From Candidatus Omnitrophota bacterium (GTDB lineage Bacteria > Omnitrophota > Gorgyraeia > Gygaellales > Profunditerraquicolaceae), in contig WOZK01000030.1 of the NCBI GenBank assembly GCA_011620275.1, positions 70,242 through 134,241 of the forward strand: DNA of 64,000 nt, in the 5' to 3' direction. Numbering within the stretch: position 1 is the stretch's first letter; every line of letters starts with the position of its first letter. Under the pieces are notes generated by a model. It saw only the letters and a program-made list of their open reading frames with translations, ran no database searches and was not told the origin of the DNA. This document shows positions 43,101-55,100 of this stretch, piece after piece. The position numbers and the translations under genes are program-made.

Positions 43101-46100
43101 TCTGTCTATGATTTCGCTGGTACAAGCCGACAAAGGCGTCTCGGTGGAGCGTATCAAAAGAATTAACTTGGACAGGTCTATACCGCAGAATCCCAGGAAA
43201 CGCTTGAATCCGGAAGAAGAACTAATCAATTCTATTGTTTTCTCCGGTTGCGGCGCTATGGATGTAACGGCGTTGCAGCTATGAAGGATGCCGCTGATAA
43301 CCGACAATAATGCATATTCAAGGTTGTATCTTTCTTTAACGGCGAAAATAAGGAATAGATACCCTCTGCGCGCCGGGTCATAATTCTTCAAGAAGCCGCC
43401 GGCGTTCGAATACTTAATATGGTCGAAAACCCACATCAACGGTTTCAACTGGCGGCCTGTAACCTGATAAGTTGTCTTCAATTGCTCGAGTATCAGCCCG
43501 CAAGAAACGTCGAAATCTGGCGTCCGTCTATCGGCGTCTCTCCCAGAATAAGAAACCAACAAATCCGCCATCTTTCGCAAATCCCCCGTTTGCGAAAGTG
43601 AAATCTCCGCCTTGAAGAAGTCATTTTCCGGCAGTAACTGATGGGAAACAACCCGGACTTCTTCATTAAGATACCTTCGGGCATCACCGTCCGGCAGGGT
43701 GCGCTTTAAACGCACCTGTCTGCCGATCCCCTCTTCATATTCCATACCAATATGGCTCAACTCTATTCGGTCAAAGCCAAGGCTGAACCAGCGTTTGATA
43801 GTCTCTCCCAGGCGGAGTTCTTCCGTGCATATTCCGGAGGTGCTCATCTCATCTATTCGCTCAAAGGCGTGAAAACGGGGATTATACAATATTTCCTCCA
43901 GGGCGAACGCGAATATTTTCCTGCCGAAACCGCTCTTTGCCCATCGTTCCTTACGTATGGATATTTTTCCCAACGCGCAAGTATTTCTCCCTTGACTGTC
44001 CTTAGAAACCGACACTTCAAAAGTCAGCACCCCGCGTCCGTCATCCGCGGCCGCCCTGTATATATACAACCCTCCCCCGGCCGGCCTCAGATAAGACACA
44101 TTCTGCTCCGATATGCGCATCCCGTCCCTGTAAACGACCACCGGCCCGGATCCGCCGTCGTGAATATCTTCCGCGGAAATCCCCGGTACCGATATCAAAC
44201 CGTTAATGCCCGTTATATCTTCAGCCCGCGCCTGGCGCGCTGCCTTCCGCCATCGCTCATCCGGCACTGCCGGCAGAGGCGTTTTCATCTCTTCAACGTA
44301 ACCGAACAAGCCCGCTTTCATGACTTTACCGAATATAAGCTTTCGATCCTCCACGCGTACGCTGTCACACCTTAGTGTCGCGAGGCGGCTGCGAATAATC
44401 TTCCATAATTCTCTGCTGTCGATACAAACTCCAGTCATCTCAAAGTAACCGGCAGTCGGAAAGCTATCTCTGATATCATCAAAAACAGCGCTTAATAACA
44501 TCCCCGCAGAGACAGAAGGCGCGCCAATGCCTTTATAGATCGACAAATCCATCATTGTTCCCGCGTTGGCCTCGAAATAGAATTCCACTGTCCCCCATTT
44601 GCAACCGCAGATAACGTATTCTCTCCCATCTTTCCCAAAGATACGAGTTATACGCAGGCGAGAATCTTCAAGACCAGTATCCTCCCGGATCAACCTGCCG
44701 CCGTCGGGTAAAGAAATAAAATAATCCCCTCTGTAAGCCCGGTTTAAGAAATTATTCCGTTGGCAATATAGTTTATTCAGTTTGTCCTCTCCTGATTCTC
44801 CCGGGCACAAGAGATTGAGAATCATATAATATAGACTTTCTCCGTTCCTCCCGGCGGCATCAAGGGCCACTCCACTACCGGTAATTTCCTCCATAAGAGG
44901 CTCCATCAATAAATAGCCCGGCCTTAGTGTTTCATCCGAGAAAATACGGTAAAGCTCCCCAGGGACTCTTTGTGAAGACACGAATTGCTTTAACCTCGGC
45001 AGATCATCCCAAGGACAGGCGAATAAAGTATCTATCCCGTCTGTTTGCTCAAGGCGGCCCTCAGCGGCATTAAATTTCATTTGATCCATCTGCATACGGA
45101 CGGCAAAATATGTATCTCTTCCTATTTCTACGCGTAATATCCTCACTCTTTCCAATATGTTTTCTGTATAGAAATAACGCATCGGCAAACCTAAATCGAG
45201 ATCTCCGACACAAACAGTGGTAACACCTGACAAATCATTTATCTTCCCGGTTTCGCGGAAAACTATTTCACCGTTGGGTGAATTACCGCATTCCCCGCAG
45301 CTTATTTCCTTACAAATAAGATCACCATAGTATTCGCTTAAATTCCTCTCCTTATTAAGATTAACCGCAACCAGGTCTTCCAGTTCTGCTGCGTAAGGAA
45401 CAATGCCCCGTTTTCCTAAGATCATTGCATCATACGGGCTGAATCCGGCAAGATAATCCCGCTCTTTAAACCCGAATTCTGCCATAATATGCGGAACCGA
45501 CATACGACCTTTCCCATACGGCAGCAATAACGAAAGAACTCTAAAATGGTCAACATTGATATGCAATTTCTTCATCCCTTCTATTAGAAAATGCGGCATA
45601 AGGCAGCAATCGCCATACCCGCAACTCAAAACCTCTTGAGGAGAAAAAACATCCACGTTTCGCTCGATAACACCATATTTAATATATTCCCCATAACCGT
45701 ATTTATTCCAGTCCAATTTTTTATTCATTAGTTCCGACAACTTCCGCAGCGCTATTGGTAAAGCTGTTTTTTCTCGGCCGCCGTCCTTTTCATCCGGATG
45801 CATCGCCATCCTTCTTATCTGCCACTCCGATCCCAATTTATCCCGGCCTTCGGAAACGTCGCGTTTGGGATTACTTATGCTTATGTAAATATCGAAATTG
45901 CCGTCGGGATAACAATCCTTCAGTTTTACGAACATCGTGTTTATATAACGCTCCACTTCGTCCTGTATTTCTTGTTTCGCATTCGGGTAGGAATATTCCC
46001 TCCATTTTATATTAGTCGTTTCCTTCGCGTATCCGGGAGCCATATATAACAGGAGGTCTTTATACTCTTCCAGCGACAAACAAGCCGTCACACCGTCTTC

Positions 46101-49100
46101 ATCCCAGGAAAACCGTTCCGCAAGCGATATACCGGAAAATGGATGCAAGGATACTCCGTTGTTCCTCACAAATTTCTCCAGATAATAAGAAATTCCTCCG
46201 TTATCATTCTCGGCGTGATAAACAAAATTTCTGGCACTGTTCAATTCCCTGGAATCCGGCAAAGACGGCAATACGCCGCGGTGCGCGTCGTATAACAACC
46301 TGAAAACGGAAAACTTTTTATTGAAGCCGGCGGTTTGTTCATAGAAGTGTTTCAGGAGAGAAGAGAACTTGAATTCATATAACGTATGAATTCCCTGCCT
46401 GTTCCGGCCCAGACCGTCGATCTCCTTCTCCGCGGAATACTGAGGCGCTCCCGTACTGAAGTAAAAAACTCTGCTTAATTCCCTGATGAAACCGATATCG
46501 ACCTCGTCGCGGAATACCAGATTGAATTTATGCACCCCGGAAACAACTCCGAGAATCCCCCTGATCCGGGAAATGTAACGCCGGTAATGCTGCGGGCGGA
46601 CTTTCGATTCCTTCCGCCTGACATCGCCGACTATCCGGTAGAACTCCTTGAATGTATCTATTCCGTAACTCCGCAGAAAAGCATTTCCCCGCTGCCTTCC
46701 GGTGCGTATCCCCCATATGCTTTCCGCCGCCAGTTCATCCATTTTCCTCAAGAACACCCCCATATCGACATCCGGCATAAGGACATCCCATAGAACGATG
46801 GCTTCGAGGACATCAAGCAAATCATCGAAAAAGATAGACGTATTTCCCTTGTTTTCCCGGATGGAAAAATAGGCGAATTCAAGGCATAAAGCCGCCAGCG
46901 TCCCTTCCGTAATATCAACCTTATGCCTGCCGTAAGTCTCGAAAAGGGAGGCAAGCCGCCTCCGTAAATATGCCGGGTTTGGAATATACGCGTCAATATT
47001 TTCTCCGAATACACTGTTATAAATCCGGGCCACATCGATATCTTCCAATGCATCGTTTATTTCCGAGAGAACGGCAACAGCCGGATATCCATACCCGCCG
47101 GCATCCCTTAGGATTGTGTCGCGTTCTTCTTTATGCAAACGCAGGAAAAAGTTGGTATCCTGCCTGAGTATATCCTCCTCATCCGCGGAGTTCAGTGAAT
47201 TAAGCTGATGCCGGAAAGCAAAAGTAAGGATATTATGCCTGTTACTGTTAGAAGGTTTAAGCGCCGCATCAAAGATAGAAACCGGAAAATAAACAACGCC
47301 GCCGCGTCGCTGATAAAGAAATATATTATTCTCTGTATCCTTGTAGAATACAAAAGAGAACTCGGTTGTCCGTCCCTTGTCTGCAAAAATATTTCCCCAT
47401 TCCTTATTTTTCTTTATCAAAGAAAGAGAATTCTTTATAACCTGCCATACTTCGGACTCGCGGTAGCCATCGCAGGAATCGATTATTACATCTTTGTTTA
47501 CATACTTCCCCGAGACAACCGGTTGTAAACTTACCTCCGCCCTATCCGCTTTCATATCGCTCTCGCAAACCCCGCGTTCCCCGCCGTCCGCCGTTTTCCC
47601 GCTGTCTGACAGTAAAGCATTATGGAAATCTTGTGATATATTATTAGGGAAAGAACCTATAATGAGAGGATTCAACTCGTCATTTTGGAGGGAGAATTCA
47701 TAAGGAGGTAATCCCTTGTCTATAGGCGGCGCGCGCGAGGGGACTTTTCCTCTTGTTAAAATATCATAAATGGAACACCGGGCCTCTTCAGTCCGGAGAC
47801 CGGCAGGGGGATTCATTACAATGGACGTTATCGCTTCAAACGGATGAATCCCCGCTATTTCATCTCGTGACCCTCCTGCGATATCCTGAACTACTCCGCA
47901 CCTGCCGCCGTCTTTGGCGCCGCTACTATTAGCCCCGTTATGTTTAGACACAACCACAGGTACCAAACGTTTAAATCCGTATCCGATGTATCCTGGATGT
48001 GTATTGTAGAAATTGATAATTTCCTGTATATAGGAAGAATTTTCCGGTATCTTTAAATACACCGTGCCGGTGAAATGGATACGCGGATCGCGTTTTTCTA
48101 ACGCGTACAAAGAACGGCAGATTTCTTCGACCTGTAGAAACGGTATATTATCAAGCAAAGAGGTACCAGACTCGTGCGTTTCCAGAATTTCCGCCACCCG
48201 GCCCCAATCTTTATCTAAATAAGCTATCAACAAAGGGTTAAAATCATTTTCAAATTCAGAGTTTTTCTCTATAGTGCGCAGATGAGCAATGATCGCGTAG
48301 TGTCTTATCCAGGAAAAGTCGGACCACATTTTCACTTCAATCCCCGAAACCGATATTCCTTCTTCTTCCTTGTTTGGCGCCTCGATAATACCGTCAGGCA
48401 ATCCATATCCTTCTCCACATATACCATTGCGTACCAACATCTTTTCCACATCCTTTTCTCCGCTGGTAGCAACGTACGGCTTACTGGTAAGCGCTGCGCG
48501 CTCAAAGATAAAAGAAGGCTGATCCGATATCTCAAGTTCTTTCTTTAAACTGTCCTTAAGTATAGCGATGGGTAAATCCACCCTAAGGTGATGGACTGTA
48601 AGCGGAAAATTTTCTCGGAAGAGCATTTCAATTACCTGAAAAACACTTCCGATTCTGCTCATATAAGTAAAATTACGGCAATCGGGTTCAATACCGAACA
48701 TGCGCCACACGCCCATCATATCCTTTAATAGCTTCAAATCGCCAACCAGTTGCAAAGAAACCGTGGAAATAAGGATATTGTTTTTTTCTAGTAATTTGAC
48801 TCTCTTGTTAAGTTCGCCTTCAGCTCCTGGTGAAAGAGCTAAATGAATAGTCTCCCGGCCTACAGGCAATCCCAGTCTGAACAGGGTGTGGCGCGCCCGC
48901 AGTCTCCCTTCATAAGAAATATCCGATTTATGTTCTTCTTCTGCCCGTTCAGGCTCGCTTTTATCAAGTTGTTCTTGCGCCTTGCCGGCCTCTTTAAGAA
49001 TACGTCGGGTATTCTTATTTAAGACTTCTATGATATCCGAAAAATGCGGTTGATATGACCGAGAGTCTTTCATCACACGGTATACAGCTAAAGTCAATGC

Positions 49101-52100
49101 CCCGAGAGTAAGCTTGCGCGCTCCGGCAAATTCACGCAAAGCCTGAAAGCTTTCCTTCAGCTTAATACTAAGCACATCCTCTTCGGATAAAGAATAATCT
49201 TCGCTCTCTTGCGCGTCAGATACCGCGGCGATCGACGCTTGTGCGACGTTGTGCCAATAGAGGGCGAACAGCAAATCACGTAAACTGAGCGTCTGTCCGG
49301 CCGCGGAATAAATATCACGGCCTTCCTGAAGAACTCCTTGGATTAAAAGCACTAATTCGTCCTCGGCCTCTTTCCGGGTTTGATATGCCAACCCTTTCGG
49401 ATATAAAAACCCGCCGCAATAATGACGCTGCGCTTTTATTTGAAATAAAGAGCCTTTTCTACAGGCTTCTTCCAAATATTCCGCATTACTATCCGTATAA
49501 TAGGACTCAATCTCAGCCGCAATGATGCCGATGGTAAGTGTAAGGCTGACGCGGGCACTCACTTTTTCATCAGGGTCGTATACCGTATACACAAAACCCT
49601 TCCGATCGGAATGCCAATAAACAATCATCCCGCCTTTCCTGGCCTGTTCCAGAAACACACGCGCGCGCGCGTCAAAATGAGCCCGCTGGGACGCCGTGTT
49701 CTCCCCGAAATAGGGGATATCATTATAAAACGCCTGCCTGGCAAGGCTGCGCAGAGGTTTCCCGTATTCAGAAGACCAGCGTAATGGAGCAGGCCGGCGC
49801 CCGGGATTTTCACAGAATACCGCATCCCACATATTCACCGCCATATATAAATCTCTATACCGGTCCTGCTTGACAAACCGTTCAAGATCGGCGCCGTAGA
49901 GATCCACAAGGACATTCAAGGCCTGTTCGGGGATCTTGCCGGAAAGAATCAAGACCTCAGGAGATGTACGCAGAAGAAATTCTTTGAGTGCCCGATTCCT
50001 CTCACGAGACAATATCTGCCGCAGACGCGGTAGAATATTTTTGTTATCGGCCCCTCCATCTTTACCTGTTCTTTTACGCCCTCCGGCCGGTTCAGTATGC
50101 CCGCCGTTTTTTTCTTCTCTTATACCTGTATTTAGCCGGGGGGAAATAATTCCTTGCGCGTCAGAGCCCTTCCGAATTTCTAACTCATATCCGCCGTCCT
50201 TGGTATTCTCTAAAGGCAGATTCAATACTGTTTGCGAAAATAGTCCTAAAATGTCCGTCTGGTTCCTTTCTCCGTTATATACTATTCCTTCAATAATCTT
50301 CACCGCAATATTGTTCAACCATTCCCCCTCCGGTCGGAACCCAAACCTAAGATAAAATATTAACGCGCCGGCCCCTAAAGCATCCGGGTTGTTAATCTGG
50401 CAGGAAGGAATAATAAATCTGTCCAACATGTATTCGTTATTCTCAAAAATACTGTTTACGACCGCCAGCCGCGAAGGAAAGATTTCCCTTGCCCTGTGTT
50501 GTGGCCTGTATTCCTTAAAAAAGTGCATACCTAAAGATAGGTCTCCTCCAAATAAATGGCTGAGACCGTAACCAATTATTTTCTGTGTGTTCTTATCCAT
50601 AAAAATCTCGAGAAATCCTTCCAAGTTGATGTCTCTTTGATCCGGGATTAGAACCAAAGAAGTATTTTGGTCCAACTCCGCCCGGTAAATAGTTTGAAGA
50701 TCCAAGAGACCAAGATTCGCCAAACTGTTTTTTTGTCTAAGTAATTCCACGGCAGGGATGGATAGAGTTTCAGCAGATAATCCGGTTATTTTATTGACTT
50801 TTATCTCACAAGGACGACGCAGTAATTCTCGCATCTCTTTGGGAAGCATCCACATCCCTAATTCCCAACGTAAAGAAGGAATCCCCTGACCGGAAGCAAG
50901 GAGCGGAGGAAATTTTCTCCCCCCATCCATTCGATCTGTCACCGTTACTCTCCCACTTCCCAGCACACCTTCCAACGGACACGATGTCTTTTTTATATTA
51001 CCCCCGTCTAAATTGCCGGAGACACCAGCCTGAGGTCGGGGTTTGTCAGGTAACTTTAAGGCTATATAGAAACAAGTTATCGCAAGCCCCCAGCATGTTC
51101 CTGCCGGAAAATCTAAACCGGAGAGATACGATAATAAACCTAAAGGTATAATCATGCCTGCCAGGATTAAATATAGAAGCGGACTCTCTTCCTTGGACTT
51201 TTCCGCAATATCATCTTCGCTTATAAACAATAATACCGCGGCCCCGAATAATGTTCCGCCCCATACTCCCTGAATCACAAAACCCGCGAGCATAAATATA
51301 AAACCCTTGATTGCGTGAACACCTCCGTCACTACGGACTGCTCCCGAAGATCCATTGTCTGTGTCTTTCCGCTTTATTTGCGCTTTCCACCATTGCGGCA
51401 GACTGGAAACCGGGATGTTTATATCATATTTCTCCAATTGTTCCAACCCGGTCCAATCACGTTCCCATAGATGCAAGATGGCGGGGGAAGCTATCTCTCC
51501 CATCACATACCAGTCGGGAAAACATTCCACAAAAAATTCATATAAACGTGAATGTATTAGCGAACCATAACCTTTGTGTTGGAACTTCCAGCTCATTGCC
51601 AGATTCTTCAGCCAGAGAGTTTTGTTTTTATTGACCTTTCCCGCTTTTTTCGAGAAAGGAAAATTAGTAAATTCAAATAAGAAAAGAATACCTTTATTGC
51701 CCGCGCCCACTTCATGAACATAAATAGGATTTGTCCCAATCTGCTCATATCTCGCCTGCTCAAGGATTTCCTTTTCAGCAACCAGCAGCCGGATCTCAAA
51801 AAGCTCCTTTTCACCTATTATCCTGACATTCTTCATATACGCGTAAACCAATGTTCCTTGACCCGCGGTATATTCATATCTCCCGTTCCAGAACGAGGCA
51901 CGACCTCCCTGAGGATAATCTTCACGTATTAGTACTCCTAAAGGTCCCCCGTTCTTAGATTCCAACTCCTGCCCCAAACGCCCCAGCCAGGAATAATTCT
52001 CAAACATATCCGCCCGGGCGCCGCCGTCAAAACCGAAAGATTCATCTCCCGGCTGATATATCCCTCCCCTTTCTCTATACCGTTTCAACAACGGCTGAAG

Positions 52101-55100
52101 AATATTGCAGGGAATCGCCCAATGCAGCTCTCTCACAGGCGCGTCTTTCCGCAACAGTTCCTTGACATAGGAGGAACTGACATTTGTATAAACATACGGC
52201 ACCAAGAATACTGTCGGTATCGAAGGAGCCAGTAAAAGGTTGGCCCAGGCAAGCGGAAGTTCGCTCTTTAGATCCTTATAGTCCCTGACCCCGCGCCGAA
52301 ACACCCCCGCGCCAAAACTGCGCGCGCAATCAACCGTCAATCCGTCGTAACAAATAACCTTTACATTAGTAATCCCGGCGGTTTTCAGGCAAAATTCGAT
52401 CATCGCTTTGTTCTCCTGCCGCGAAAACCACTGCTTCCCCTCCTTATCCGGGTTGGGACCGATACCGATGTAAACAGTATCGAACATCGCCACCGCCCTG
52501 CGCACTACTTCCAGGTGCCCGTTGGTGAAAGTATCGGCAGACCGGGAATCGTCCTTAAAATACCCCGGATACACGGCAATTATGCCTTTGCCTGTTGCAT
52601 CGCGAATGGGTTCCCGGGAAAACCGTAACGTTCCAGATGTGGATAGCGAAGACTGCCGTTCCCCGCCGTCACGGCTATTTTTGCGCAAACTGCCGGCCGC
52701 TTCTCTTTTAGCGGAAAGACGATGATGGAAAACCTTGAACCATCCGCGGTGTTCCTTTAGGAAATTATACGCCGCACTCAACGCTTCCTGAAAACTCAAA
52801 TCATTTTCGATGCCCGGGTAAATTATACGGTCTTTTAGACACTCCATAGTCTTTGCCGGAGAATATCCTTCCTGATCAAGCCGCATACAGAGTTTCGCTA
52901 ATAGAACAAGATTATCCTGGTACAAACTAACATCCCCTTTTGAAAAGCGCGCGGCCAAAGGAACTCCGATCTCCAGCACTTTACATATATGGAATATTCC
53001 GGCGTCCAGTAATCGCTCCCCCATATCAACGGCAGGTTTGACCCATTCGCCGTTGTATCCCTCTAAGGCCGCGAGCATCTTTGGCAGGGCTCTTTCACAT
53101 AGATAGTTAATGCTTATTCTTAAGGTCTGCGCTTTTTCAATCAATCCGCTTATTGGCGAAGTCGGAGGAATAACAGAGATTCGTTCGGTGGTTTCCCCGC
53201 CGTCTTTTTGGGCCTTTTCCTGTTCCTGCCTACTCACCTCTGGAAGAATACGCCTGCGTATCTTTAAGAGGTATTTTTTCTGACACGGAACCCCAGCCTT
53301 CCGTACTGCCTTATACAAATCATCGCCATTCAAGTCGCCTTTCTTCTCGATCACGTCTAATATTATTTTCTTAAGCAAATAATCTCTCGCTTTACAACAC
53401 AAATCCTTCCAATCCTTAAACCAGTCGTTACGGCATTTATGAAAAGCAATTTTAATTTTCGGGTCGTGTTTAAATACTTCTGTTTTAGAAATGGGACTTG
53501 CCTTTCTACTTGGCCCTCTCTGAGCGCGAATTTGTTCTAACGCGGCGTTAACCCTTTGAAATAATTCTTCTTGAGTCTTTATATCCTGATAAATATCCTC
53601 TTCATTAGTTATTTGCAATATAAACAACCGGAACCGGCAGTCTAAACGATATTTTCCTCCATATGGAGCAGGCGACAACAACTTTTCTCCTCCGCAATCA
53701 AGCTTGCCTACCAGCCTGCTGAAGAATTTGTTATTCATTAAAATGTAGGAAAGCTTCCCGTTCCACCTTTTAACTTTGGCCACGTAGATCTTCTCATTTG
53801 GTTTGGTGTTATGCGCGACAGCTGTCAACACCTCCCGTTCATCTTGCGATAGCCCGTTCCAGAGCGGCATGAACATCTCAGAATCTACCGTTTGCTCTGC
53901 CTCATGCGTTCCGCCGTCAAGAACATCCATACTCCCTTTTTCCACACCGGCCGGAAAATCAGGCTTACCATCCGCTCTATACTTCCGTATCTTCATCTTT
54001 GATATCTGGCCGATGTACAAAAGATACAGGCCGGACAACAGTTCCCGGAGTATAGGATCCATGAAAGACTCCGGCGTGTAACCGCGGGAAAGAGCCACGG
54101 TTATTACATATGGCTTTACCTTTTTCTCTTCCAGAATCTTACAGATTCCTCGGATCTGCTTTCGTAATATCCCCAATATGCCCTCTATCTCCGCTTCTTG
54201 CTTGTCTTCAATCGGGCTTATATTTTTATCCCAGAAGTAATCGGCGTCGAAATCGAGGATCACCGGTTTGCGGTTCAGGCTGAAATCCGGCAGTTCATCC
54301 GTATAAACCTTGTGCACTTTTATTCTACGCACCGCGCCTACCGTTATATCCCATCCTGTATTTTCTCTGAAATCCATCACCCAACTTCCTTCTTCCAAAG
54401 GATGAACCGGCCGGAAATAAATCACAGGATGCGTTCCGGTGCCATTTTTAACCGTCAGGTCAGCAACATACATATCGATCTCCTTCCGCTCACTGATAAG
54501 AAAATTGGCGAAATAACGATAGCTGTTGACGGGTTTGAATATGGGCGAGACATCGGGATTCCAATAAAGATATTTTCTTCGACCATCACGCATATACTCC
54601 GGCAATACCCAGTATATCTCATCGACATATCCATCATATACGGCCGGGGATATAAATTGATCAAAGGCGGGGCGTCTCCGGGCGACGGCCTTGATACTTC
54701 GAGACAACGGGTAAAAATCCCAAATGTCGCACATATCCTGATGCGTGTCAAAATGTATCAAAACAGCAGGATTGGTAATACGCTTCAGGAGCCTGCCGAT
54801 CTCCCAAGATGAAAACGCGTCCCCATGGTTTTCCATAAGAAACATCCGCGGAGCCTTGGAAGGACCTTGAACCTCAAAAATGCTATCCCTCCCTGCTTGC
54901 AAAATCGTTTTTACTAAAGAGGACCGGCTAAAGCTCTCCCTGCCGCCGCGTATAGTGTCTCTTACGGCCGAATCTACCGCTTCTGTACTTACCATCCCCT
55001 TTTTTAAAGAAGCATCTCTTGGAGTCACTAATTTCCCTTTGCCGCCGTCCTGTTCACGGGCATAACCACGGTAATTCTGCACAGCAGCCGCTCCGCCTTC

